Source: an uncultured Fibrobacterota bacterium (GTDB taxonomy: Bacteria; Fibrobacterota; Chitinivibrionia; Chitinivibrionales; FEN-1185). From it: 64,000 bases of DNA. The number at the start of each line of letters is the position of its first letter. Positions within the stretch are counted from its first letter, which is position 1. A program made the position numbers and the translations under genes. Under the pieces are notes generated by a model. It saw nothing but the letters and a program-made list of their open reading frames with translations. It was not told where the DNA came from and ran no database searches. The stretch is from assembly GCA_963729895.1 (NCBI GenBank), contig CAVSQB010000022.1:32001-96000 (forward strand). Reading direction: 5' to 3'. Of the stretch, positions 20,166 through 30,498 are shown one piece after another.

Positions 20166-21143
20166 TCAGAAAAGAACCGTTCCGCCGCAATCACTCGACC
20201 AATCCTTGATAGCTGCGACCAAATCATACTTGAAAGAAAAACCGCTTTGAACCAAACGCCCGGACGATATATTTGTGGAATTAACAAGCTTCGCAACACG
20301 GTCCGGATGCAAACCAAGACTTCTCAAGAACGGGACATCTATTTTTTTTGCAACCGAAACAGCCATGTTGACCAGATTCTGAGGAACGCTTGCAAGCGGC
20401 ACATGGTATCCAAGCGCCACATGAAATGCATTGCACACATCTTCAAGCGTTATTTTCTCGGGGTAACAGAAATTGTACAACGAATATCCTTGCGGCTGCT
20501 CGATTTCCCGGATAATCAACCGACAAATGTCTTTGACGTAGCAGCAGGATTTGATGGTGTTCTTTCTCCCCGGATACACGAATATTCCTTTTCGTAATGC
20601 TTTGGCTATTCTTGTGAAGTTTCCCTTCTCTCCTTTGCCGAAGATCACCGCCGGCCTCAGTATGGTTAAGCGCCGGCCGGGACTTCCAAGGTACCATTCG
20701 CGATGTATGTATTCGGCTATGATCTTTGAAATCCCATACGGGATGTTGGGGCGTGTAAGCGACTCCTCGCTCTTTTCTTCTTCATCGGGACCATAGACGG
20801 AAATTGAACTGGTGAAGATGATTTTCTTGACATCGTTTTCTTGCGCAAATGTGCAAATGTTTTTTGCTCCGTTAATGTTTGTGTCGAAATATTCGCTCGT
20901 GGGATGACCGGGCGTCTTATGCACTGCGGCAAGGTTTACTATACAATCGATCCTTTCGTTTACGGCTTTGGCGGGAATGTCATTTCTAATGTCAATTTTC
21001 ACATACGAGAGCTTTCCCGATAATTCTTCGGGCTCCAGAATGTCCGCGATGAATACTCTATTGACATTCTCTTCGTCTTGAAGCCTTTTGACAAGGTGGC
21101 TGCCGACAAACCCGGAACCGCCGAAAACAACGATGTTTTTCAT
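20166..21143 (-). CDS. NAD-dependent epimerase/dehydratase
   Basis: GGSGFVG, NLAAVH, FTSSISVYG, YGISK. Confidence 0.9.
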   Translation of the reverse strand: MKNIVVFGGSGFVGSHLVKRLQDEENVNRVFIADILEPEELSGKLSYVKIDIRNDIPAKAVNERIDCIVNLAAVHKTPGHPTSEYFDTNINGAKNICTFAQENDVKKIIFTSSISVYGPDEEEKSEESLTRPNIPYGISKIIAEYIHREWYLGSPGRRLTILRPAVIFGKGEKGNFTRIAKALRKGIFVYPGRKNTIKSCCYVKDICRLIIREIEQPQGYSLYNFCYPEKITLEDVCNAFHVALGYHVPLASVPQNLVNMAVSVAKKIDVPFLRSLGLHPDRVAKLVNSTNISSGRLVQSGFSFKYDLVAAIKDWSSDCGGTVLF

Positions 21144-21197
21144 CCAACTTCTTTCAAATCAATATGTACTTCCGGTCGGCCTGGGGATCCGGCCGCC

Positions 21198-22496
21198 TCA
21201 CTTCAATTGAGCCTTGTCAAGGGAAATATATTCCGGCGTGGAGCTCAGTGCGACGGAAAAATGGTTCTCACTGACGTTAATCGATCCCCGCTCGCCGCCG
21301 CCGTTCACAAACAAAAGGGACTGCTTTGTGGTCGGCTGCATATCGAAGCCGATTTCATGCGGTGTAGCGAGTGTCCAGGCGGCAAGCTTGGTTTCTCCCG
21401 CCTTGTTCGTGAGAACCAGGACAAAATCCGTTTTGTTTTGCGTTTCGAACTTTTTGAAGATGCGAAAGCCTGACAATTCGCCGGTGAGCGTCCGGATTGA
21501 CAGGTAGGCCGGTTTGGGGTTCAAGTCGCCGGTCACTGTTCCAAAATTGTGTTCGTTCTCGTTTGGATCTCCGCCATCGTCCTTCCAATCATACCAAATC
21601 GAGACGGGCACTCCGCAGTACAGGTTTGACAATTGTTGACGAGCGATAAAATCCGCCTGGGTTTGAAGTGAAACACCTTTTGTGTACGTTGAGTATCCCC
21701 ATTCGCCGCTTAGAATAGGCACTTCTTTCCTTTGCGGGTTGGGAGCATAGCGTGCGATAAGCTCACGCAGGCGCTTGTAATCCGCGTTTGCATTTTCGGG
21801 CGGCTCCTTTGGGGAACGATACGGATGCACGCTGACGCCGTCCAGATGTGCCAGTATGCCTGACTTCAGAAAACAATCGAGAAAGTCCCAGGGAAAACTT
21901 GCGGTCGCGGGTGCCACGATGGTTGTGCCAGGTTCCGCTTCGCGAATTGCTTTGCATGTTGCAACAGCCAGCGCGGTGTATTGTTCCACGTCCGGTTTTG
22001 GCTGCCCGAAAGTTATGTTGGGTTCGTTCCAAATCTCCCAAATTATTTGTCGGCCTTGAAAGTGGTGAGCGGCGGCGGCGGCCCATCGTGCAAAGGCGGC
22101 GATGCTGGCAGGATGTTGCGGTGAAGGCGGGGAGCCGTGTTGTTCCATCTTGCCGGTGATTGGATTCCTGGTGGCATTTACGTTCTCATAAAGGGAATTC
22201 GAGTAATCCAGGATGTAATAGGCACGAAGCCGGCGCTTGTCAAGGTTTGCCGTCAAGGTGTCGTATGACGACCAGTCGTACTTACCTTGGGTCGGCTCTG
22301 TCGCGGCCCATTCAAAATCCATGCGTACCAACTTGAACCCTGCTGCCGCGATCATATCTAGGTCGTGTTCATGACCTCGCGTAAAGTGTATGTTCACGCC
22401 ACATCCTGAAGGCAGCACGGGATCTGGAATTTGCGCGAAGGCGATACGCGTCGTGGCCAAACATATGAGGATGGAAATTGGGCGCTTCATGTGCAC
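21198..22496 (-). CDS. Secreted clan GH-A glycoside hydrolase (GH5/GH39-like)
   Basis: Signal peptide-like N-terminus; VRMDFEW, WEIWNEPN (acid/base), VSVHPY, SGEWG (nucleophile). Confidence 0.8.
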   Translation of the reverse strand: MHMKRPISILICLATTRIAFAQIPDPVLPSGCGVNIHFTRGHEHDLDMIAAAGFKLVRMDFEWAATEPTQGKYDWSSYDTLTANLDKRRLRAYYILDYSNSLYENVNATRNPITGKMEQHGSPPSPQHPASIAAFARWAAAAAHHFQGRQIIWEIWNEPNITFGQPKPDVEQYTALAVATCKAIREAEPGTTIVAPATASFPWDFLDCFLKSGILAHLDGVSVHPYRSPKEPPENANADYKRLRELIARYAPNPQRKEVPILSGEWGYSTYTKGVSLQTQADFIARQQLSNLYCGVPVSIWYDWKDDGGDPNENEHNFGTVTGDLNPKPAYLSIRTLTGELSGFRIFKKFETQNKTDFVLVLTNKAGETKLAAWTLATPHEIGFDMQPTTKQSLLFVNGGGERGSINVSENHFSVALSSTPEYISLDKAQLK

Positions 22497-22616
22497 GTGT
22501 GTTCCAAGAAGCCACGCCCGGGTTGTTGTTTTGAAGCGTGACGTGCCGACGATTGGAGGTAAGCTCCCGGCGCGGAAATTGGCAATTCATGTTCTGCAGA
22601 AAAGGTCATCGCATGT

Positions 22617-23780
22617 CTACCGATACACCGGAGGCCCGTTCTTGTTGAAATCTTCAGTCATTTCGTCAATCAACGTACTTATTCTGGCGCTGAACCGCTT
22701 TTCATCAAATTTCTCTGCATGCTGTCTAATTGTAAGGGGGTTTATTCGCGCCTCAACTTGTGATTCAAAGGCGTTTACGGCGTGAATAATGGAATCGGGG
22801 GTCTGCGATTGAAAGAATACTCCTGTGTTCTTTTGGGGATCAAACGCAGCGCATTCATTTGATGGTATTCCTCGCACGGTGTCAAGAACACCACCCTTTC
22901 CGAAAGCAATGACCGGCCGACCGCATGCCTGGGCTTCGAGTGGCGTGATTCCATAATCCTCAATTCCTGGAAACAACAACGCCCTACAGTTTTGGAAAAA
23001 ACGGACTTTTTGTTTCTCATCCGCCCAGCCCGCAAATTCAATGTTTTTTCCTGCTCTTTTTCTCAGCGTTTTTTCAAGCGGACCAGATCCGACAATCGCC
23101 AATTTTTTGCCCGGCATTTCGTTAAACGCATCCACAAGAAGATCAATCCGCTTATAGGGAACAAGTTGCCCCAGAGTCAAATAAAAGTCTTCAGGCTTAC
23201 CGATACTGAACTGGTCCAAGTTGATGGGAGGATGAGCGACAACGGCCTTCCGGCGATAAACCTTTGCGATTCTCTTTGCCACATAATTCGAATTTGCAAT
23301 AAAATAGTCGACCCTGTTTGCCGCGACAGAATCCCATTGCCGATACGCATGGAGAAAAATACGCGCCAATTGAGTCTTCAGCTTGCCAAGCCCGGCGTTG
23401 TCAAGATATTCAAAATAACGATCCCACACGTACCGGGGCGGAGTATGGCAGTAACAAATATGGCAACTCTCCGGGGAGGTCATGACGCCTTTCATCGATA
23501 TGGTATCCGAGCTGATGATTAATTCGTAGCCGGTTACGTCAAACTGCTCGGTAACAAAAGGGAAGAACATAAACATATTTGTGTAGTTCTTGCGAAGCAG
23601 GGAAAACCGGTTCAATCCTGAAGCAACTACGGAATGCCTATTTATGCGCTCGGAAACGCGCGCCTTTTCATAAAACAGAGTGAAAACGTCCGCGTCGGGG
23701 AAAAGGTCGCAAAAGATCTCAAATACTTTTTCTCCACCCCGCATACCGTTGAGCCAATGGTGTAAAAGGGCGGTCTTCAT
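22617..23780 (-). CDS. GT4 glycosyltransferase (WbaZ-like)
   Basis: HHWLNGMRGGEKV, CYCHTPPRY, PYKRIDL, EDYGITPLEAQACG. Confidence 0.92.
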   Translation of the reverse strand: MKTALLHHWLNGMRGGEKVFEIFCDLFPDADVFTLFYEKARVSERINRHSVVASGLNRFSLLRKNYTNMFMFFPFVTEQFDVTGYELIISSDTISMKGVMTSPESCHICYCHTPPRYVWDRYFEYLDNAGLGKLKTQLARIFLHAYRQWDSVAANRVDYFIANSNYVAKRIAKVYRRKAVVAHPPINLDQFSIGKPEDFYLTLGQLVPYKRIDLLVDAFNEMPGKKLAIVGSGPLEKTLRKRAGKNIEFAGWADEKQKVRFFQNCRALLFPGIEDYGITPLEAQACGRPVIAFGKGGVLDTVRGIPSNECAAFDPQKNTGVFFQSQTPDSIIHAVNAFESQVEARINPLTIRQHAEKFDEKRFSARISTLIDEMTEDFNKNGPPVYR

Positions 23781-23801
23781 GCGGCATTCCCTTGATGATT
23801 C

Positions 23802-24929
23802 TCAAGCATGTTTTTCATTCCAAATGTGCACCAAGGCTTCTGCATGAATTCTCCAATCGAACTTCTGTGAATGGCGGTATCCTTTTTCTTCCAGTTCAAG
23901 CCTAAGCCCCGTTTCGCGGAAGAGTTTCCTGATGCCGCTCGAGATGCTTTCAACACTTAAAGGATCAACATAAAGGGCCGCATCACCGCAGTATTCGCGA
24001 ACAACAGGAATATCTGAAGCCAAAACCGCTTTCCTGCAGGCCATGGCTTCCAGTGGGGTCAGGCCGGCTCCTTCAAAAATTGAGACAAAGACATAGAATT
24101 CCGCCTTCTTCAGTAATGCTATGTACAAATCGTCGGCTGGAAAATTTACTATTTTGATCCGGTCGCGAATTGCTTCCTCCTCGATCGCAGCAATCAAGTC
24201 GTCGTAACCATCTGATTTTTTTCCGCAAATATATAAATCAAGACTGACATCGGAATGTTTCATCGCTCTAACCAATCGGCAATAGTTTTTCCGGTGCTCT
24301 ATGGAAGAAAGCGCGACAATGAATGGCCTCGGTATGTCCATATTGTTGGCTGTTAATGTCCTGGATGCTTCCTCATCACTTATGGGGCGGAAAAGCGAAC
24401 GGTTTACCGAATTTAATGACACCGTAATTTTCTTTCTGCTTACTTTGGTGATAGTAATGATATCCTTGCGGCTCGCTTCCGAAACCGTCACGATCCTTTT
24501 CGACACCTTCACGGAAATAAGCAGTAACATTTTCAAGAAACAATTTTTATACCACTTGTTGGTTCTTGTTTTCCAGCGCGCCATATCATGGATGGTGATG
24601 GTGTTGAGTCCTAAGAGCGCGATGGGCGCAATGTTGTTGGTGCTGTGCACAATGTTTAGCCCTTTTGTCAATTTGACCGCAATGATGTAGAAAGGCAAAA
24701 CCAACTGTTCCACGACGCGCCTTGCAATAACGTTTTCCGCCGCCGGCACTCTTAGATAAATAAATCGCGGCGAATCAACGAAAAACTCCGATTCTTGGTA
24801 TGACGGCAGAAAGATGAAATAGAAGTTCCTTTTGTCGATTTCAGAAAGCGCTTTGAGAACTTCATAGGCATAGCGACCGGTTCCCGCCTTGAATTTGCTT
24901 TCACCCATCAGGTTTATTCCGATGTTCAT
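23802..24929 (-). CDS. GT4 glycosyltransferase
   Basis: TIHD, TVSEASRKDI, HRKN, FEGAGLTPLEAMAC. Confidence 0.9.
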   Translation of the reverse strand: MNIGINLMGESKFKAGTGRYAYEVLKALSEIDKRNFYFIFLPSYQESEFFVDSPRFIYLRVPAAENVIARRVVEQLVLPFYIIAVKLTKGLNIVHSTNNIAPIALLGLNTITIHDMARWKTRTNKWYKNCFLKMLLLISVKVSKRIVTVSEASRKDIITITKVSRKKITVSLNSVNRSLFRPISDEEASRTLTANNMDIPRPFIVALSSIEHRKNYCRLVRAMKHSDVSLDLYICGKKSDGYDDLIAAIEEEAIRDRIKIVNFPADDLYIALLKKAEFYVFVSIFEGAGLTPLEAMACRKAVLASDIPVVREYCGDAALYVDPLSVESISSGIRKLFRETGLRLELEEKGYRHSQKFDWRIHAEALVHIWNEKHA

Positions 24930-25032
24930 GGTTGCGCCCGAAGCGTTTCTCTGTTTTCCAATCGCCCCATAGCGAAATCAAGCCGTACTGCCAGGTTTTG
25001 GTATACGATATTCGCGCAGAATTCTTGCCGGT

Positions 25033-26130
25033 TTATCCCAAATCCAACAGTGCCTGCCTAAAATCAAGGCCGACCTTTTTGATGTCATAGTCCGTCCGGA
25101 CCTGCCAGCCGTTTTCGCAGATCCGTGCATATCTTGCGGGATTTCCGATGATTTCAATTATTACTTTTGCAAGATCGGCGGCAGATCCTTCACGAAAAAG
25201 AAGCCCGGTACTTCCATCCTTAATGAGTTCCTTTGTTCCCCCGCATGCGGATGCGATAACCAATCGGTGAGCATTCCATCCCTCAACAACGGTTCGGCCG
25301 AAAGTCTCCGGGCCACCATGGCCGGAGATGGATGTCGAGAGTACCGCATGATGACTCGCAAAAAAGTTTATCGGGTCGAGGATGTCTTCTTGGAAAGCTA
25401 TGTGTTTTGCCAGTCCCTTGCGCGAAACAAGGCGAACGATTTCTCTCAAGTACGTTTCATTGTAGCCCCGCTTTATTCCCATCGTCAAGTACGCTCGAAT
25501 TCCATGTTTCACCAGCAATTCTACGGCATCGACCGCAGTCTCCAGGGATTTCCAGCGAGATGGCACGCAGGCAAGGGAAAGAAAGAAATCCCTTGCGCCT
25601 TCAACCGGCGGCGATTGTGCAAAGCTTCCGGCGCTTTCAAAGCCGTTCGGAATTACGATAGTTTTTTTAGATACCGCGCGCGGCATACGAGAGGCAAGGA
25701 ATGAGCTTACGGCAATGAACCTATCAATACTGCCGCCATTGGCACGTAACAAAAGTCGAGAGGTTTGCATGGTGTGACAACAATGTACAAGGCGGGCGCG
25801 GCCAAATCGCTTTGCAAGAGCCGGGATCAATAGCAACCCTCTTGGGGTGTTGTTGACGACCACATCGGGGAATGATTTTTCGCAGCAGTCTGTTATCATT
25901 TTAACATGTTCGCGGACATAGTGGGACAGGTGATAAAGGTTCTTTTTTGCCGGATTCGATGAAATACATGTTGTGGAAAGAGATTTCTTCTTGTATTCGA
26001 GTTCTGTGTCGACATTACACACGATTGCATGCACCTCGTCTCCTGAAGCCTGCAATTCCTGAGCAATGGATGACATGCTCTTTTCTGCGCCGCCAAATCC
26101 AAAGCAAAGGTTTAGAACCAATATTTTCAA
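25033..26130 (-). CDS. GT4 glycosyltransferase
   Basis: TTG start LKILVL...GGAEKS, IPNG, ETFGRTVVEG, ELIKDGSTG. Confidence 0.85.
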   Translation of the reverse strand: MKILVLNLCFGFGGAEKSMSSIAQELQASGDEVHAIVCNVDTELEYKKKSLSTTCISSNPAKKNLYHLSHYVREHVKMITDCCEKSFPDVVVNNTPRGLLLIPALAKRFGRARLVHCCHTMQTSRLLLRANGGSIDRFIAVSSFLASRMPRAVSKKTIVIPNGFESAGSFAQSPPVEGARDFFLSLACVPSRWKSLETAVDAVELLVKHGIRAYLTMGIKRGYNETYLREIVRLVSRKGLAKHIAFQEDILDPINFFASHHAVLSTSISGHGGPETFGRTVVEGWNAHRLVIASACGGTKELIKDGSTGLLFREGSAADLAKVIIEIIGNPARYARICENGWQVRTDYDIKKVGLDFRQALLDLG

Positions 26131-26137
26131 GTCAGCC

Positions 26138-27427
26138 TCATTGTTTTTCCAACAATAATGCCGGCACTGAAGGACCCCGCTCTGTTTCCGAGGCTCTTTC
26201 ACTCACACTACGGCGACGGCACAGGTGTCCGAGAAGAAAGCCGTAAAACATGGCCATGAATCCATCCTCGATTCCGTGCGAGGTGATGCCGATTATAAAA
26301 AACGAGAGAGCGAAAAAAAGCCAGTAGCGGTCTGAAAAAGTCCTCTCAGGAGACCTCCGCACAACACGCCAGAAGATCCAGGGAATCACCAATGTTCCCA
26401 AAATGCCGAGATTGCCGTACAGATAAAGGAAAAGGTTGTCGCCGGGATTGAATTGGTCGGGTTCAAAGTACATCTGACCGCCGCCCATTGTTCCTAAACC
26501 TCTGCCAAAAACAGGGGATCCTTGATCGAGGATAAGTTTGAACCCTTGCGGCCATGTAGAACCCAAACGAGTCAACATGGAGCCGAACAGCATGTCTTGT
26601 ATAACGGTTTCTGTACCCCCTAAGCTGGTTTCATTCTTTATGGAAAAAATTGGTAATGTAATCGCCAAGACGAGCGGCACAATAAGGCTCCACCGTACCG
26701 CTAAACGACCCAATCCCTTAAGAGAATAAATCATTCTGGCGATTCCAATGATAACCCAGCTCGCAATAACGGTTTTGACCGTTGTCAGCAAAAGCGCGCC
26801 TAAGAACACACCCCACAATGCAAACCGTGCCGGGGATTTTTTGCATTTGAGAAAAAAATACAGCCCTACAACAAGTATTTGATCGGCAATCTTCTGCGGG
26901 CCGTTGGCAAACCCATTCAATCGATGCAAGACTTCAATCATCGTCCAATTATACACACCCTGTATTTGCATATTTCCGATTGAGTAGTTGAGATTATCCC
27001 AGGGAAAAGAAAGGAAATAATTAACACCCAGACCGACTAGTGCCACAATTGCCATTAAGGTTATTGACAGCGAAGTGTTCCAGAGCCTTGCTTCACAGTA
27101 CCGGTAACACAGGAATCCAACAAGCATCGGCAATATTATTTTGAGCCCCATGATCCAAAGATTAATCGTGGGAGAAAAAGCCATTGCGGTAATTGACGAA
27201 ACCGATATTACGATCAGCCAGGGAATTGTGGCAGGGGAGATTCTGAGCTTTTTCGCGGACGCAATTACGAATCCTGCAACAATCATCACCATTATTCCAT
27301 CTCGAAGGTAAAGCAAAGGCGACAAATGCAGCAAGAAGAGAACATACCGAAGGGGCGCCTCGAGCACATAGGTCCACAAAAATACGCAGATCAACACCCA
27401 TAGTAGCGCAGGCGCGTTGAATTTCAT
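26138..27427 (-). CDS. Polytopic membrane protein, probable Wzy polymerase/O-antigen ligase-like
   Basis: About 11 hydrophobic segments, FGRGLG, DNLFLYLYGNLGILG; sits among GTs. Confidence 0.7.
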   Translation of the reverse strand: MKFNAPALLWVLICVFLWTYVLEAPLRYVLFLLHLSPLLYLRDGIMVMIVAGFVIASAKKLRISPATIPWLIVISVSSITAMAFSPTINLWIMGLKIILPMLVGFLCYRYCEARLWNTSLSITLMAIVALVGLGVNYFLSFPWDNLNYSIGNMQIQGVYNWTMIEVLHRLNGFANGPQKIADQILVVGLYFFLKCKKSPARFALWGVFLGALLLTTVKTVIASWVIIGIARMIYSLKGLGRLAVRWSLIVPLVLAITLPIFSIKNETSLGGTETVIQDMLFGSMLTRLGSTWPQGFKLILDQGSPVFGRGLGTMGGGQMYFEPDQFNPGDNLFLYLYGNLGILGTLVIPWIFWRVVRRSPERTFSDRYWLFFALSFFIIGITSHGIEDGFMAMFYGFLLGHLCRRRSVSERASETERGPSVPALLLEKQ

Positions 27428-27584
27428 GATCTTAACCTATTAAGAATGCCGCATTCCTTGACGATTCCAAAGCGATACGTGCACTGCGCCATTGGCCCGG
27501 GGCCCTCGAGGCAAACCGCCCTTGTTGCTTCGTAGACGTGCTTACCATGCTTATGCTGCCCGCACGTTATTCTTTTCCCGAGTC

Positions 27585-28418
27585 TCACACGTGGTTTGGT
27601 CTCGCGGGCTTTAGCCTTGTGTAAAGTGCATCGCCCAGCAGGCGCCGAAGCATTAATTTGCAACGCAATACAAGGACCGATCGAGCGACAATCCGCCACC
27701 CGACGCGCCGTTTCGGAAAATTGCTCCTGTAAACAAGCCAGTGCTCCTTGAGGGCTGCGACGGCATGCTTCGGAGAAGAGGACAATCCGGCCAAGTCGTA
27801 CCGGCAAAGCCGACTCTGAATCTTGACAAACAGTTTCCCCCTTGAAAGCGCTCGCAGCCACCAGTCATAGTCCATACTGTATCGCAAGTTTGTTCTGTAT
27901 GGCATTGCTGCCAGGAGTTCCCGGCGGATGAGGGCGGCTTGATGGCAAATCGGATTTCCGGGCGCCACGGCGTGGAATGCGCTATGATCACAATGTACTG
28001 GAAATGTCTCGTAGCGGCCTTCGGCAAGAGCGTCGCCGTAAATTACATCCGCGTTGCTGTTTTCGGTAATAGCGGAATAAAGGACTTTCACCGTATCTGA
28101 GTCCCAAAGGCGGTCTCCTGCATTGAGAAAGATAATCCACGGGGTTTGCGCATGGAATACGCCCTTGTTGAATGCTTCGGCAATGCCGGAATCCGATTCA
28201 GAAATTGATTTAGTTATTATGTCCGCATTGTTCTGCAGAACGGATGCGGTTGAATCCGTGGACGCGCCATCAATTACGATATAGGCAAAATTACGTGAGC
28301 GTTGACTCCGCAAGCTGTCGATGGTGCTTTGCAACGCATCGGCGGCGTTGCGACAGACGGTGATGATGGTGAGAAGGCTGTCGGCAGGGCGTCGCGCCTG
28401 AATTTCGGTGGGGTTCAA
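27585..28418 (-). CDS. GT2 glycosyltransferase
   Basis: TTG start after GGAGG; TIITVCRN, IDGASTD, FLNAGD, CHQA, DYDW. Confidence 0.88.
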   Translation of the reverse strand: MNPTEIQARRPADSLLTIITVCRNAADALQSTIDSLRSQRSRNFAYIVIDGASTDSTASVLQNNADIITKSISESDSGIAEAFNKGVFHAQTPWIIFLNAGDRLWDSDTVKVLYSAITENSNADVIYGDALAEGRYETFPVHCDHSAFHAVAPGNPICHQAALIRRELLAAMPYRTNLRYSMDYDWWLRALSRGKLFVKIQSRLCRYDLAGLSSSPKHAVAALKEHWLVYRSNFPKRRVGWRIVARSVLVLRCKLMLRRLLGDALYTRLKPARPNHV

Positions 28419-28420
28419 CT

Positions 28421-29248
28421 TTACCTCCACCGATGCGCATGCCAATCGTAAATTGACATCCCCTTCGAGTTGAGGCGTTTCTTGAATTCGGCTGGGAGTA
28501 ACCAAAGTTTACGATCAATGGCCGTGATGGCAAGGTCATAGAGTGTTTGGTGAACTTTGGCACCAACAATGTTCTTTAATTCATCCTGATATTCAGCACG
28601 TCGGCTCGATAGCTGCCCCTGTTCAACCTTGAATCCCGCGACATAAGCTGCAGTAACATGCAGTTTGCTGAAATGGGCAAAAGTATGCCACAGGAAGTAA
28701 TCCCCGGCAAGCTTGAATCTCTTGAGCTTTTCAAATTCTATTTGCCGGTTCAGCCGCTTTGACCAAAAAACCGATTCCTGCTGAATGAACGGCAAACGAA
28801 TTCCGTCGTACATCCCGTTTAGAATGAAACGGCGTCTGTAGACAAAAGGGCAAGAAACGGCGACAACATAGGAATTTTCCGAATATTTCACTTGAAACCC
28901 GGTGAACCATTCAATCCCCAGTTCCGCCATATCAAGAGCAATATCAAATGCGCATTTGTGATAATAATCCCCGGCATTAATGTATGCAACAATGTCTCCT
29001 GTTACCCTGGATAATCCCTTTGCAAGGGCGTCGTACATACCGGAATCATTCTCGGAGATAATTTGCATCCGGGGGTCGTTATATGAGCGAGCAAGTTTTA
29101 CCGTATCGTCGGTTGAGGCGCCATCGCAGATAAAGTATTCGAGGTCGGCTCTTCCGGAGGTAATCGCCGTTTGCTTCAGGACCGATTCCATGGTTTCAAC
29201 AATTCGTTTTTCAGAGTTCCTGCAGGGAGTAATTATCGAAATCTTCAT
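28421..29248 (-). CDS. GT2 glycosyltransferase
   Basis: MKISIITP, DGASTD, DSGMYDAL, YINAGD, QQES, AGDY. Confidence 0.9.
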   Translation of the reverse strand: MKISIITPCRNSEKRIVETMESVLKQTAITSGRADLEYFICDGASTDDTVKLARSYNDPRMQIISENDSGMYDALAKGLSRVTGDIVAYINAGDYYHKCAFDIALDMAELGIEWFTGFQVKYSENSYVVAVSCPFVYRRRFILNGMYDGIRLPFIQQESVFWSKRLNRQIEFEKLKRFKLAGDYFLWHTFAHFSKLHVTAAYVAGFKVEQGQLSSRRAEYQDELKNIVGAKVHQTLYDLAITAIDRKLWLLPAEFKKRLNSKGMSIYDWHAHRWR

Positions 29249-29464
29249 GACGTTTCCGGGTTTTATTTCCGGGTCACCGGCGTTTTGTGTGCGTGACAGG
29301 GTGATGTCCCAGCAGGCCCCTGTGCAAGCGACCCGTTCATGCTCCAACCTGTTTCAAGATTTTGTCATCGGGGTCGTCGTTGACGGAAACATACACCATA
29401 TGAGAAATGCTTTAATCTAATCGCGAAAGACCTTTTCTCCACCCTTTCGATCAGTCTGGCCCCT

Positions 29465-30493
29465 TTACGCTGTCGTTTTTCTTGGGCGTGCTAAAAGGGA
29501 GGTATTGGCTTTCAACACTCGAATCAGGTTGGACGCGTTTTCAAACAGTTCATGCATGTTGCCGTACCCCTTTCGCGCAACGACACTTTCGGGCTTCTCG
29601 TGGATGCGATCAAGAATCGGCGAAACAACAACATGAGACAAATATTCCTTTTGAATCTTCTGTAATTCGGCCAGATAGTTTTGATAGATATGTTCCTTGA
29701 TAAAGGGTGTTAATTTCGTCTGGTATGAAGCGAACCCGGAATCGAACAGCGGCCCCAGAAGCCGTTTCAGCCCATGAAAGTGATAGAATATCAAAGGCTG
29801 ATCGTCAACAAGTATTATATCATTCCGAACTGTTAGGGCATAATTGCTTACGTTCCAGGGCGCAAGGTTGGCACCCTTGTGCATTAGTACATGGACACTT
29901 GAAAACAATTTCTCGAACTGATCCAAATACTTCTGATCTGCAAATCTCTCGCCGTCCAAGTAATCGTGACACCAGTCAAGACATTTTTCACGATACCAGT
30001 CAAGGCATGCAAGTCCTTGCTGATTCCGTCGAAAAGAAAGCCAGGAAACATTATACTTTCCGTATTTCTCCCTTTGCACAAGGTGAGGCGAAAACCGGTG
30101 CCCGATTATTGCCACTGCGTTTTCGCCGATCTCTTTAAAAACGGGCGCCGGGTCCGCAAAAAAACAACAATCGGCGTCTACATAGGTAAGAAAATCAATA
30201 CTTTTGTACCGTTCGAAAAGATATGAAGGAAACGACGGGGTAAGCGTAAAATAGTACTCAACGAGATTTCTGTTCTTTTTCGCCCGGACAAGGCCGTTGT
30301 CTTTGCTTTCGAGTTCCTCAAGCGCAACGACTTTCATCCGATCAAATGCGCATTGGGAAAGTGCGGCGCAGCATTCTTTGCTAAGGCCAAGCACCCACAA
30401 ACAGAATTCGGGGCAGTGCCGTTCCAGTGACTGATACAGGGCAATACCACGCGAGAGATATCGGTGGTCGAAATAGGTACAAAAATGGTGCAT
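29465..30493 (-). CDS. Putative GT-A fold glycosyltransferase
   Basis: FCTYFD, YVDAD (DxD), ADQKYLD, NLAPWN, FYHFHG. Confidence 0.75.
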   Translation of the reverse strand: MHHFCTYFDHRYLSRGIALYQSLERHCPEFCLWVLGLSKECCAALSQCAFDRMKVVALEELESKDNGLVRAKKNRNLVEYYFTLTPSFPSYLFERYKSIDFLTYVDADCCFFADPAPVFKEIGENAVAIIGHRFSPHLVQREKYGKYNVSWLSFRRNQQGLACLDWYREKCLDWCHDYLDGERFADQKYLDQFEKLFSSVHVLMHKGANLAPWNVSNYALTVRNDIILVDDQPLIFYHFHGLKRLLGPLFDSGFASYQTKLTPFIKEHIYQNYLAELQKIQKEYLSHVVVSPILDRIHEKPESVVARKGYGNMHELFENASNLIRVLKANTSLLARPRKTTA

Positions 30494-30498
30494 GCGGG

